The notes beneath the pieces were generated by a model, which was not told the DNA's origin, ran no database searches, and saw only the letters and a list, made by a program, of their open reading frames with translations. From Octopus vulgaris (Eukaryota): a DNA stretch of 64,000 bases. The DNA is taken from the NCBI GenBank assembly GCA_951406725.2, contig OX597822.1:25172001-25236000 (forward strand), given 5' to 3'. Position numbers and translations under genes: made by a program. Shown in pieces: positions 41,519 through 56,324 of the stretch (positions within the stretch are counted from its first letter, which is position 1; every line of letters begins with the position of its first letter).

Positions 41519-42182
41519 CACACACACCTATATATGAGTGTGTATGTGAGTGTGTGGGCACGAGGTAATTGTACGTATATACTTATATATATGTGTGTAT
41601 ATATATATATGCATACACATATATATGTATACGCACAGACACACACACATATATACACATACATACATGCATATACATATAAGTATATGTCAGTGTGTGT
41701 GTGTGCATACCTAAATACCTAAATACCTACATCACTCGTAAACATATGTTGCTATACATTATTACTCTCCGCTGGGAGAATCTTCGAGAGGTTCCCCTAA
41801 TCCCCTAAGTTCTTTTGTAATTGCTTTAACAGAAGCTGTTTTGAAGAACACGTGAATGGCACGTGCAAGAATGTATATTATTGTTATTATATAATACAGA
41901 TGATATTATTGGTATATCACAACGCGAGGAGCGATTGTATAGAAAGATGTTAGTACGTCCAATCCATTTTATAGTCTAGGTTGAATGTTAATTCATTTCA
42001 TCTCCCCCTCCAGTATTAAGGGCTATTATTTTAACCCCTAAAGAAGTTGAAATGAAACTTTGACCCTAAAGGCCGAAAAATGGCAGGAGTGTTAGGGTGT
42101 TGGATGAAATGATTTTTCTCGTTTTTTATTCGTCATTTTAAGTTATCAAGTTCATTTTCACCGTTCATCTTTCCCGGGTTGC

Positions 42183-42325
42183 AGTAAGTAGCTTGCTTAC
42201 CAACCACATGGTTCCGGATTCAGTTCCACTGCGTGGCACCTTGGGCAAGTGTCCTCTACTATACCGTCGGGCCGACCAAAGCCTTGGGAGTGGATTTGGT
42301 AGACGGAAACTGAAAGATGCCCGTC

Positions 42326-42375
<50 letters not shown>

Positions 42376-42566
42376 TTATGTTTATGTGTCTGTGTTTGTC
42401 CCCCCCCCCACCATCACTTGACAACCAATGCTGGTGTATTTACGACCCCGATAGAACAAGTACTAGGCTTACAAAGAATAAGTCCTGGGGTCGACTTGTT
42501 CGACTAAAGGCGATGCTCCAGCATAGCCGCAGTCAAATGACTGAAGCAAATAAAAGAATAAAAGAA
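42183..42566 (+). mobile_element. SINE family B, nearly full length
   Basis: GTAAGTAGCTTGCTTACCAACCACATGGTTCC...GCAGTCAAATGACTGAAGCAAATAAAAGAATAAAAG. Confidence 0.88.
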
Positions 42567-42965
42567 CACTAGTCTAGGACAGCAGAAGGACAGAATCTAT
42601 TGCGGATCATTGCGTTCTGAGTTTGAAATTTAGCCGTGGTTTATTTGGGGAAGTAGAATTACTCTGAAAGCCATTTTCATACCACTTTCTAGTAGTGGGT
42701 GTACCTTAAGGGGAAGTCACTCTGTTGCAAGCATTCGGTCCAGATCTCTGTTTTCAGGGTAACTTCACCTACTCCACCCACTTCTATCTCTTTCACACAA
42801 GTTTTGGGGATCCTCAGAAAGTGTCACGCGTGAAAAACTTAAAAATATAAACTACCAAATTCTAACTACGAGCTTCTGATAAGCTTTGTGGATATCAGCA
42901 TAATATCCACAAATAACCCTCAGTTAGTTTACACATACACACACACACACACACTCAAACACACT

Positions 42966-43008
<43 letters not shown>

Positions 43009-43132
43009 ACGCCGAGATCGAGTTTGCCCTTCATCCTTTCAGAGTCGATAAAATAAGTACCATTGTGTACTGGGATCGATGTAATCGACTATCCCTCTCC
43101 CCTAAATTTAAAGGCCTTGATAATAATAAAGG

Positions 43133-43191
<59 letters not shown>

Positions 43192-43365
43192 CATCATTAT
43201 TATCAATTTTATTCATCATGTAAATGTACATGATATTCATCATTATTTATTTAGTTCAATTTTAGAAAAATTCACGTGTCTTTGAGGATTCCAGAGCGTA
43301 CTGAACTTATTATGTGCCTGACTTTTGGCCCACTCTGTATATGTATGAAAGTATGTATGTAGGTG

Positions 43366-43433
<68 letters not shown>

Positions 43434-43453
43434 GACAGACACACACATGCACA

Positions 43454-43538
<85 letters not shown>

Positions 43539-44238
43539 GAATAAGCACATAAATACAAAACAAGGTGGAAGAAATAGTACTCGAATACCGAAGGTGGAGT
43601 AGTATGCATTTCATTTTTTATGCTGAAAATCATCAGATTTATTTCAGTCTTGATCACAACTGTCCGACGAACGGAAACGTAAAACGCTTGAGTAACAGAT
43701 CTTGTGACGTCTTTGCAGCTTCCATAAAAAGTACACACACATACACAGACACACATGCACACCCATGCACACACACACACATATATATACATACATATAT
43801 ACATGCATACATACATTGCATACATACATGCATGCATATATTTATACACATACATAGTTGGATTCTAAACACATTGGCGCACACAGTCCTATATACGCAA
43901 GGAGACACGTATGTCTGTGTATATTCATGTAAGTACACACCGCTTTAAAAGCACAGGACGAATCGAATATTTAAACACGGCGTCAAAATATATACAAAGA
44001 AACAATCGGTAACTCTAACAATATTGATGCATGGCAAGCATGAAATTAACTTTTCCCCTTGTATCTTCGTTGAATGTCTGGATTGTGAGTTCTACACGAA
44101 AAGAAGGCAGCACGTGTACCATGTGTTTATCATCCCAACATTTGCATGTCATCTTCGAATCGTTTTTATTTTCCTCTGAAGATATAAGTAGCAATAGCGA
44201 GGGGATTACTTCCGTTATAAATTTTTTTGCACGACGCC

Positions 44239-44341
<103 letters not shown>

Positions 44342-44373
44342 CATGTAAGTATGTATGTATGTATGTATGTATG

Positions 44374-44435
<62 letters not shown>

Positions 44436-44730
44436 ATAACAATATATATGTATATATATACATATATATATATGTATATATACATATGTATATATATATC
44501 TATATATGTATCTATCTATCTGTGTATATATATATACATATATTTATATATACACACATGTACGCACACAATATACATGCATTCAGATATATGTAAATAT
44601 ATCAGTTTGTGGGTCTGTCTGCATGTGTGAATATAACGTGCGTCTTTACGTATTATATGTACATACCCCACCCGCACCCACTTAGGCACATAACATCCTC
44701 ATTCCTACCAATTTTCGTATGTATGTATGC

Positions 44731-44795
<65 letters not shown>

Positions 44796-45656
44796 ATTAC
44801 GTAGTTTTATAATGTAAGAGGAGACTGGATTACCCGATTGTCTAGTCAAATCACCATCGACTCCATTTATTGTCTCGTCAAGCAAGACACTTTGTCTACT
44901 ATCAAATATATTGCCGATCTTTCTTAATTTCCCCACTTCACACGTGAAACACTCGCATATATTACATTTATGTATTTACTTTTATGTTTCTTATGTGTGC
45001 CTGCATATATATATATATATATATGCATATATACAGACATACACGCGTATATATCAAATGAAAAGCAGATTTATAAATGCGAGTTGTATCCTCATTCAAC
45101 ACTCCTACGGATACCGGCTAACAGACGGTATAGAATTCAACAGTTTTCCCTACAGGAAAGCGTTCGTATAAACTGAAATCCTTATGATAATTTATTAGTC
45201 CTGGCGAATAATACACTAAGTTCAATCATGAGCGTCATGATGTTACATCTACTTTTCCATTACGATCGCTTCAACAGCACAGTTCCGATCTATGAGGAAT
45301 ATAAACGTTCAATTGAAATTCTTGATCTTTATATGAGATGAATATGGATCACGTGCACTCAATAATTTGTATTTGTATATATATATTACTCAATTAAATT
45401 CGAGCTATGTCTGATTTTCACATTTTATTATTTGCAATTTTTAAATCTAGTAATTACACGCGTTACTTTACCATTAGGCAGTGACAGTCTGTTCCACAAC
45501 TGACAACTGTAGAGAGATCCTTTAAATACCCTGCGATGTATGTATGTATGTATGTATGTATGTATGTATGTATGTATGTATGTATGTATGTATGTATGTA
45601 TGTATGTATGTATGTATGTATGTATGTATGTATGTACGTGTATGTATGTACGTGTA

Positions 45657-45702
<46 letters not shown>

Positions 45703-45784
45703 TAAAGGTAGAAATTAATATTAATCAATTAACACCAGTGGCCTAGCACATTAAAAAAAATCCGAAGATAAAAATTTTTTTTAC

Positions 45785-45925
45785 ATACAAAATTTAGGGG
45801 ATTGACCACTAAAAGTGGACAGCCTGTATGCTAGATATAGATGTCACAATCTACCTATGGCGATTATGACGTCTATATCTAGCATACAGGCTGTCCACTT
45901 TTTGTGGTCAGTCCTCTAAATTTTG

Positions 45926-45928
<3 letters not shown>
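45785..45928. repeat. Near-perfect hairpin with ~67-bp arms; right end abuts (TA)n
   Basis: AAAAGTGGACAGCCTGTATGCTAGATATAGA / TCTATATCTAGCATACAGGCTGTCCACTTTT with a ~10-nt loop. Confidence 0.92.
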
Positions 45929-45960
<32 letters not shown>

Positions 45961-45977
45961 ATATATATATACATATA

Positions 45978-46791
45978 CACAGACATGCAGGAAGTAAATA
46001 GACACCTTTAATTTTCAAAATTTTTGATCTGTCTTAATATGTTTTCAGCAGTGTAGAATTTACAATGTAATTGTTCTTTTTCATTCCAGGTAATATTATG
46101 TTAAGCATTTGCGAAGAGTAACCATGTCATGCACAAAGAAATTCAACAGAACTGTCAGATTTTCAAAGAGGTCGTATTGTTGGGCAATCTGAGGCTGGTC
46201 TTAGCCAGTGAAAAATTGCCGAAGATCTTCAAATTCCCCTTGCTACTACTGCTAATAGAATTATAGTGCAATTGAAAAGCCAAGGAAAAGAATCAATAGA
46301 TTCTCGTCCCAGCCGACCAGGGCCCTCAGAAAGGAAGATTCGCTGTTTGAAGAGAATTATGGAAAACGAACCCCGTTCGAAGGCATCTGACATTGCAAAA
46401 TAGCTAGAAGTTACTCCAAGAACGTGTGTTACATATCTGCATAAGCTTGAGTATTATGGACGAGCAGCTAGAAGAAGACCTTTCCTTCAACCAATTAATA
46501 ACACGAAAAGAAAGAAATGGGCTAAGGTGATGTCAGAAAAATTCAGTTCAGTTTGGAATAGAGTGATTTTCTGAGATGAATCCTGATTTGCATTATTTTC
46601 AGACAGTGGACGTGTTTGGGTTTGGAGACTTCCCAATCAAGAATTTGATTCGAAACGACTCCAACCAACTGTGAAACATGTAAAACATGGCGGTATCTCT
46701 ACCTATCGATTACATTTCAATTGTTCGGTTTGCGTATTAAATAAAAGATATTGAAAATTAAAGGTATTTGTTTACTTCCTGCATGTCTGTG
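45978..46791 (+). mobile_element. Internally deleted Tc1-like DNA transposon (814 bp)
   Basis: TA|CACAGACATGCAGGAAGTAAA...TTTACTTCCTGCATGTCTGTG|TA with ~40-bp TIRs; broken transposase DFQRGRIVG...YYGRAARRRPFL...[21 protein letters not shown]...PTVKH; C-terminal D/E region absent. Confidence 0.9.
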
Positions 46792-46843
46792 TATACACAC
46801 ACAAACACACACACACACAAACACACACAAACACACACACGCA

Positions 46844-46905
<62 letters not shown>

Positions 46906-47318
46906 GGCACAGGTATGGCTGTGTGGTTAGAAGCTTGCTTTCCTATTACATGATTTCGGGTTCAGTTCCTCTGCGTAACACCTTGCACAAGTATCTTCTA
47001 CCACAGCATCGGGTCGACCAAAGTGGATTTGGTAGGTGGAAACAGAAAGAAGCCCATCGTATATATGGATGTATATAATTGTGTGCGTGTATGTTTGTGT
47101 CTGTGTGTCTGTGTTTGTCTCCCGTCATCGCTGGACAACCGATGCTGGTGTGCTTATGCCCCCGTTACTTAGCGGTTCGGCAAAAGAATCCGATAGAATA
47201 AGTACTAGGCTTACAAAGAATAAATCCTGGGGTCAATTTGTTAGACTAAAACCCTTTAAGGCGGTACTCCAGCATGGCCGCAGTCAAAATGACTGAAGCT
47301 AGTAAAAGAATAAAAGAA
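46906..47318 (+). mobile_element. SINE family B, full length
   Basis: GGCACAGGTATGGCTGTGTGGTTAGAAGC...CCAGCATGGCCGCAGTCAAAATGACTGAAGC.AGTAAAAGAATAAAAG. Confidence 0.88.
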
Positions 47319-47361
47319 TGCATATATATATAGAAGAATTATATTTCTATAAAAATGATAA

Positions 47362-47410
<49 letters not shown>

Positions 47411-47703
47411 CATATACATACACGCCCGCACACGCACACACACACACACGTATGATTTATATACAAAACGTGTGGAATATGTTACCAAAAACGAAAACTG
47501 TAATTGTCAATAAATATGATTAGGTTGTTAGAACATCCACATTACTAGAAATAAGAGCTAAAAAGCCCCAATGCTTTTGACAGGGACTGTAATCACCCGA
47601 AAACACCGGTCGAGTATTCCTTATAATTATCGGTCAGTTTCGGTTAATTTCGTAGCCACATCTGTAGGAACCGCTCGAATCGGCTGATTCTGGACTTAAT
47701 TCT

Positions 47704-47796
<93 letters not shown>

Positions 47797-47818
47797 TATA
47801 TACACATATATGTATGTA

Positions 47819-47955
47819 TACGATGGGCTTCTTTCAGTTTCCCTTAAGGAAATCCACTCACGAGGCTTTGGCTGGTTCTGGGCTACAATAGAAAGGATTT
47901 GCCCAAAATGCTGTACTGTAGGACTGAACCCACGATCTCATGGTTGGGAAGCAAG
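47819..47955 (-). mobile_element. SINE family B 5' half, diverged
   Basis: CGATGGGCTTCTTTCAGTTTCC...AAATCCACTCAC...GGACTGAACCC. Confidence 0.7.
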
Positions 47956-48420
47956 CAGTGTGTTTCTCAGTGTTTGTTCGTTTGCGTATTCTTTTAGTGT
48001 TATGTTTGCGTAACATGTGTACGTTTGGCATATGTGGAATAAGTGAGATGGGAGAAACCAGCTTAATTGAATGCGATGTATTAAAACAGAAGAATTGAAT
48101 TATTTTCTTGTCTTCTGAGGAGTAAGTAAAAAAGAAAAACGAACAAACAAACAAAAAATTAAAAAAGTCCAGAAGCATACGAACAAATAACGATGAGTAC
48201 ATAGAAACTTTGTATGTGTAGGAACGGTTGAAGAAATTTCTGTAGCTTGCTAATGGAGAGCCGATTCAGAAATACACGCAGACGTACTGATACACAGGCA
48301 CACATACACCACATACACGCATGCACGCATACACATACACATGCACACTTACACACACGGATGTATACACACAAGTACGCATATATATATATATATATAC
48401 GTATATATATATAAATATAC

Positions 48421-48479
<59 letters not shown>

Positions 48480-49710
48480 GTACGTACATTTATATATATA
48501 TACGTATGTGTGTATATATATATAAATGTACGTATATATATATATACGTATATATATATATAAATGTACGTATATATATATATATATATATATATATAAT
48601 GTACGTATATATATATATATACGTATATATATATATATATATATATACGTATATATATATATATATACGTATATATATATATATATATAACACACATATA
48701 TATATATATACATGCAGACATACATGCATACACACACACATATATTATACAGACAAGAAAGTAATATTTTGAATGCAGTATTACTTTCTTGCGGTAAAAT
48801 ACGATACATATTCGATGCTTCAAGAACATACACACATATATATACATACACACATATTCATGTATGTATGTATGTATGTATGTATGTATGTATGTATGTA
48901 TGTATGTATGTATGTATGTATGTATGTATGTATGTATGTATGTATGTATGTATGTATTTATGTATGTATGTATGTATGTATGAATGTATGTATGTATGTA
49001 CGTATCTTTGAATATAGATAAAGAGTAATTATGACATGTTTGTTAAAAGGGTGGAAATAGATGCATTTAAAAAGAAATATAAAGTAATATGATATTGGAA
49101 AATTACTTCGTTAATTGCTGTCTCGAAATCAGCGCACGATGACTTAATTTATGATCATGTCAGTGATAATGGCGACGTTAAAAATCATACGTCACTTCCT
49201 GTAATGTGTGGAGCCATTCCTAACTCTTTCCTTCCCAAAACGAGCATAATGATAAAAACACACCCCGCCGTTAAACTGATGATGTGTATTAAGGTAGAGG
49301 CACATGGTAAATCCATAAAAATAAGAAATAGTGTATTGATGATGGCAAAGATGATGATAATATTCGCTTATTAAGTCAACATCTTTACGTTTTGCTTTAT
49401 TATTTCATTTGTTTTAATAGGAAGGGAAATAAAACGAAAGAGATAATGAAATCAGATCAGTAAAAGTCAAAATATATACATGGAGCCATTTTAAAGAGTG
49501 ACGTTAAAAGGCAAAAGGAAAAAATTATTGTCATACTGTTTCATCTGGATCGTTTTTACTTCAAGGCACTGTCCATTTAGATGATCTTAAACAAGTTCTT
49601 TCTTTTCCTTTCTTCTCATTTCTTTCAATCTTTGCGTTTTAGTTTTGGTTTAAAAGGGGTCTGATGTTCAGTATTATTACGAAAACAACCTCGAACGAGT
49701 AGTAGAATCC

Positions 49711-50118
<408 letters not shown>

Positions 50119-50224
50119 ATTCTATCTATAATCATATATATACACATATACACACATATATATATCTTTGCATGACATTATATTGCTTATACACACACAC
50201 ACGCACATACTCACACATATATGC

Positions 50225-50273
<49 letters not shown>

Positions 50274-50275
<2 letters not shown>

Positions 50276-50609
50276 AGCAAAACGCTCCCCCCGTCCAATG
50301 GATGCTGCTAAGTTGTCAAATATTTAAACCAAATTTTCTCAAAACAACTTGTCCGACCGTCCCATAGACAAACACTGATTTAACCTAAATTTGAGATACC
50401 AGCAAAAGACGGATTTCGACTGATGTACTTGCGCGTACAAATACACGTTTCCGCGGCTTTATCGATCGCATTCTCACCTGGAATCGATTTTTGTAACTTT
50501 TTCAAGACTTATACTCGTCGGTATCTACATATCAAATTTGAGCGCAATCGGATGGAGGATGCCTGAGATCCTAGAACACACACACACAGAACGGGTTTCA
50601 TATAATAGA
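50274..50609 (-). mobile_element. Non-autonomous Helitron-like element, shorter copy
   Basis: Reverse complement A|TCTATTATATGAAACCCGTTCTG...CATCCGATTGCG..CAAATTTGAT...GCGTTTTGCTTG|T; homologous to 1095-1645. Confidence 0.65.
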
Positions 50610-50648
50610 TGCACATAATATATGTATATATATGTGTATATATATACA

Positions 50649-50691
<43 letters not shown>

Positions 50692-51323
50692 ATATTTGTA
50701 TGTATATAAATACGCATATATATGTATGCGTGCATTTATGGATGTGTTATGTATATGTATGTATAGATATCATTCGGGTGATAAGCTGGGAGCTTAGTGT
50801 TTTAAGCTCATCAACGAGTGTAGGTTTTTGAATATAACTATAAATCGGTGGAATCGATATTTTACTGATTCTATTTCTGAAATTCCATAATTTCCTTTGA
50901 CGTAATAAAGAAGAGATTGTGTGGGGCAAACTGTTGAATAACAGAAATTTTAAATTTACAATTCATTCATCATCATACGAATCGAAGTGTATTGTTATAC
51001 TATTATATATTACATGAAACTACATGCCCTAGGAGCAATATTATATAGATATAATCGGAATCCAGCAAATCAGAATCCTGTATATATAATAGATTTGCAA
51101 TAGAAAACAAGATAAGTTGACATTCTGTTGTATATAATGATACACCCTGTGTCTATTGATGCATGTAACATATGATAATATAGCAATACACTTATGTTCG
51201 AATGTTGATAAAACAATTGTAAATTTATGTAATAAAACCATTTGTTCTCTCGGTATTTCTAATAAATAATTATATATGTGTGTGTTTGTGTGTGTGTGTG
51301 TGCGTGTGTGTATGTATATATGC

Positions 51324-51406
<83 letters not shown>

Positions 51407-51420
51407 TATATATATATATA

Positions 51421-51612
51421 CTTTTATTCGTTTATTTGTTTCAGTCATTTGACTGCGGCCACCTTTAGTCGAACAAATCGACCCCGGGATTTATACTTTG
51501 TAAGCCTAGTACTTATTCTATCGGTGTCTTTGGTCGAACCAGTAGGTTACGGGGACGTGAACGAACCAGCATCGGTTGTCAAGCGATGATGGAGGGACAA
51601 ACACAGACACAC
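51421..51612 (-). mobile_element. SINE family B 3' half
   Basis: TTTCAGTCATTTGACTGCGGCC...AAGCCTAGTACTTATTCTATCGG...GGTTGTCAAGCGATG. Confidence 0.82.
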
Positions 51613-51890
51613 CAGCATTCGCACACACACATACACACACACACAAATAAACGCGCACACACATATATATATATGTATAATTTAGGACAATCAGTAAGTT
51701 GTCATTATAGTACTCGGAGTATAGTATTCTCGTCGGCAACTAATGGCAATAGACGCTATGAAAAACCGTTGAATAAAAGGAAAGTTACTCTAATAGGTAA
51801 AAATAAAAGATAAAAGATAAAAAAAAACATGTAACCATGTTCTCACAATACTTAGACATAAAACCTCCTGCGTTCATAACGTCTACATAC

Positions 51891-51951
<61 letters not shown>

Positions 51952-51962
51952 CATTATTATTA

Positions 51963-52562
51963 TTCAGTAGTTTTATTTTTATAGCGTGCTTTCACTTCAC
52001 TACTGAGCGCAGCTCTGTGTGCTTTGGGTATGTGCTGTGATTTGTTGTGATGCTCTGATGGTTATTGTATGGAAAGTGTTCTGCGTAGGATGTGTGCAGT
52101 GCCTAGTAGTGCAATTTTCTGTATGTTATATGTGTTTGTAAGTCCTGGTGTTTTTGTTATGTATTTATCTGAATATTTTTTTATCATGCCTAATGCATCT
52201 ACTATGATAGGAATTGTTTCTGTTTTTAGATTCCACATTCTGTTTACCTCTATTTCCAGGTCTTTGTATTTTGAAAGTTTCTCCATTTCTTTTAGAGACA
52301 CGTTGTCATCTGCCGGTATTGATACAACAATTAGAAAGCATTTTTTTTCTTCATGATCTCTGACAACTATATCTGGTCTGTTGGCCTTAATTTCTCTATC
52401 TATGTGTATCGGCATATCCCAGAGTATGGTTGCTTTCTCGTTTTCTGTGACCTTTTCTGGTGTGTGCCTATACCATCTTTTTTCTGTTGTTATTCCATAA
52501 TGTTGGCATAGCTTCCAGTGTATGTCGGTTCCAACTCTGTCATGTCTGTGAATATATTCCTT
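51963..52562 (-). mobile_element. 5'-truncated R4/Dong-like non-LTR retrotransposon (RLE domain plus 3' UTR) ending in (TAA)n
   Basis: Open frame EYIHRHDRVGTDIHWKLC...ILWDMPIHIDREIKANRPDIVV...LIVVSIP...KLSKYKDL...IQKIALLGTAHILRRTL (stop at 52062); the (TTA)n at 51895-51962 is its 3' flank. Confidence 0.9.
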
Positions 52563-52574
52563 CTTCTTCTTCTT

Positions 52575-52927
<353 letters not shown>

Positions 52928-53679
52928 TGAACTCGGAACAGTGCTGTTAGGAAAAAAGATTTTTACCACATAGCCACGCGCACGGGTAAGTAAGTGGTCA
53001 GTAGCATGTTTGCAAACGGTAATTTTTCGTAGAACGGGAAAATAAATTAGTCTTATACATCTAGTAAATATTTAATATATTAGTAATAGTTTCATCTTAC
53101 TGCTGAAATCCTATGACGTTATATATCACTTCATGTATGGATGTGTGTGTGCGTGTGTGTGTGCCAGTGCGTGTGTCTAGTGGAAGAAAGTCGCTACAAA
53201 CTATGAAGATAATTTAGTAAGTCTTTCATGTTTGGAATTAATATTCATGAAACGTGAGTGAGTGGGTGGCAATTCCAAGGTACCGAAGTTGACTCTAACT
53301 TTCATTTCTCTGGGGTCGATAGTATAAATATCTGGCGTGCATATGCTCGAGTCGTATGAAGCAACTTCACATCTTCACTCGTCAACACTCACATTGCCCC
53401 AGTAATAGAAATCAATATTTTTCTCCCCAACCAACAGCATTTTTTTTTTCATTCTCCCCCAAGAATATTCAAGAACAATATTTTTGAAATATCATTTACT
53501 GATATCGTCTGTATGTTTATTTATTTACCGGTCCGTATAAAGAGATGCGGCGATTTAGTATTTAATTACATTACATGTATAAGTTAATTAGGTTATATTT
53601 CCTAATTCGTACCCCTTTTTAGTGAAATGGGTGAAGAAAAAGAAAATCTTGGACATTTGCCAAACCTAGCATGTGAAGA

Positions 53680-53716
<37 letters not shown>

Positions 53717-53781
53717 GAGTGTGTGTATGTATCTATACATGTATGTATATATGTATTTATGTATGCATGCATGTATGTAAG

Positions 53782-53814
<33 letters not shown>

Positions 53815-53857
53815 ATATATATATACATATATATTTATATTTATATTTATATTTATT

Positions 53858-53962
<105 letters not shown>

Positions 53963-54261
53963 CATCACACACACACACACCTATATAAACAAGAAATGAA
54001 AAGAAAATATGTTTGACAGTAGACAGAATGTCTATACGATTGAGACTAATTTATTATTAGGGCTTGTATTGTGACTAACAACTCTTTTAATTTATTACGT
54101 TGGCATCACCTTCACTTCTACTTGTCTAGTAAATTTTATCATCATCATCATCATCATCATCTTTTTCTTCTATTTCTTTTTCGTCATCACCTGAGTCTTT
54201 GAAGTTCACCTGAGTCAATGACTGCGACTAAAAGATGATAATGCCAGAAATATTATTTTAT

Positions 54262-54566
54262 TTATGCGCCCTTTTCAATCCTAGCCAGGCACATGGGCCC
54301 GGTTTCTCGGTTTCTGTGGCGTATGTGTTCCCCCCAGCTGGACGGGATGCCAGTCCATCGCAGCGTTACCCAAGAAACAGAAAGAAAGAGTGAGAGAAAG
54401 TTGGGGCGAAAGAGTACAGCAGGAATCTCCACCACCCTCTGCCGGAGATTCGTGGAGCTTTAGGTGTTTTCGCTCAATAAGCGCACACAACGCCCAGTCT
54501 GGGAATCAAAACTACGATCCTCCGACCGCGAGTCCGCTGCCCTAACCACTGGGCCATTGCGCCTCC
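54262..54566 (-). mobile_element. SINE family A, full length, tail type 2
   Basis: Reverse complement GGAGGCGCAATGGCCCAGTGGTTAGGGCAGCGG...CAACTTTCTCTCACTC...GCGATGGACTGGCATCCCGTCCAG...GAAACCG. Confidence 0.88.
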
Positions 54567-54630
54567 TAATGCTAGAAATGGAAGAATGCGGGAATGCCAG
54601 TTTTTTGTAAGAAATTTGAATGACTGAAAA

Positions 54631-54866
54631 AGGCGGTGAGCAGGCAGAATCGTTAGCACGCCAGGCAAAGTGCTTAGCGACGCATCATCCGTCTGCAAGT
54701 TCGGGGTTCAAATTCTGCCGAGGTCGACTTTGCCCTTCATCACTTCGGAATTGATAAAATAACTACCAGCTCAGCACTGGGGTTGGTTACATCGAACCCA
54801 GTGTAAGTAACCGACGTAGCCCCTTAACCCACGAAACTGCTGGCTTTGTGCCCAAATTTAAAACCC
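54631..54866 (+). mobile_element. SINE family C
   Basis: GGCGGTGAGCAGGCAGAATCGTTAGCACGCC...GGTTCAAATTCTGCCGAGGTCGACTTTGCC. Confidence 0.82.
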
Positions 54867-55038
54867 ATATGAATGATTCAAAATATGCATTATAGAATGA
54901 AAGAAACGACACAGTGTGGAATGGAATATTTTACCCGGCTTTTGATGTAGCAGTCGTGAATTTAGATAGTTGGTAATTTTGTTACCGTGTAGCTAATGTT
55001 TTATCGTTTTTCTTGAAATTTTATTTTTAGCTACTATC

Positions 55039-56324
55039 ATATGTTGAGTAAAAAGTAAGCAACATTTTGAACCATGAAGAATATATATCTGATTTTTGCA
55101 GAGTCTTGTATTTTTTAAAACAATTTTTTTTTTGCAATTGTCTGATAATAAGACATAGATTTGCAGAAATGCATCAATAAATTAACGTTGATATTTTTTA
55201 CACTGTTGCCACAATCATCTGAGATAGAACTGTCAAAGTGCGATATTCGAGTAATTTTGCTATTCAACTTCAAAAAAGGACGTAAAGCAGCTGAAACTGC
55301 TCGCGATATCAATAAAACGTGTGATGAGGTAATGACCGGTGAATGGTCAGCTCGAAAATGGTTTAAACGATTTCACAGTGGATACCTGAGTCTTGAAGTT
55401 CGTGAGGGTAGTGGACGTCCATCTGTCATCAATGACGGTTAAATAAAGACCGTCATTGAGAAAGGTCTACGTAAAATCACTTGTGAACTGGCAAAAGAAC
55501 TTTAAGTTAGCCAGAAAACTGCATGGAACCATTTGCATGCGATTGGAAAATCAAAAAATCTCGACAAATGGGTACCACACAATTTGAATGAAAATCAGAA
55601 ACGTGCAAATATGAAATTTATCGTCGCTTCTTCTCCGTAACCAGACAGAACCATTTCTCGACCGTATTGTAACTTACGATGAAAAGTGGATTCTGTACAA
55701 TAATAGAAAATGTTCTTCACTGTGGTTGGACCAAAATGAATCACCGAAAACTTTCCCTAAACCCAAGCTCTTCAAAACGAAAGTTATGGTGACTGTTTGG
55801 TGGTATACTGATGGAATCATCCACTATAACTTCTTAAAACCTGGAAAAGCCATTATTGTGGAAACATATTGCCATGAAATTGCCAAAATGAACGAAAAAC
55901 TGTTACTCCTCCATCCCAGACTGGTCACCAGAAGAGAGCCAATCATTCTTCCCGACAATGCTCGAACACACATTTTACTAATGTCGCTCCAGAAGTTGAT
56001 GGAACTTGACTATGAAGTTCTTCCCCACTCAGCTTATTCCCCAGACCTTTCTCCTACCGACTACCACTTTTTCAAGCACCTTGATGATTTCCTGCGAGAG
56101 AAGGAATTCAAAAATCAAACCGATGCTGAAAGTGCGTTCAAAGAGTTCATTAGCTCCAGAACTCCAGATTTTTATGTTACCGGAATAAGCAAACTTGTAA
56201 CTCGTTCGCAAAAATGTATTGATTGTAATGATACTTACATTGATGAATAAAATGTCCGCATTGTTAAAATATATTGTGATGAATTTCATGTTTCAAAACG
56301 CTTTTTACTTTTTACTCAGCCTAA
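55039..56324 (+). mobile_element. Full-length (~1286 bp) degenerate mariner transposon, DD34D
   Basis: Imperfect TIRs (TGAGTAAAAAGTAA / TTACTTTTTACTCA), right end followed by TA; HTH FNFKKGRKAAETARDIN; KWVPHNL, TYDEKW, LPDNARTH, YSPDLSPTDY with 34 residues between the 2nd and 3rd D; stops and frameshift present. Confidence 0.93.

Noticed and set aside
41385-41592. ~60-bp direct duplication (GAGGTAATTGTACGTATATAC) around (TA)n
   Set aside because: Most simply a local slippage duplication within microsatellite DNA.
54480-54566. tRNA genes at SINE heads (also 21480, 31819, 60562)
   Set aside because: They have A/B boxes but continue into SINE bodies and lack a convincing cloverleaf and acceptor stem.
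55726-56250. SETMAR-like domesticated transposase gene
   Set aside because: The upstream part of the transposase has stops and a frameshift, TIRs are present and no SET domain is seen; it is a dead mariner copy.
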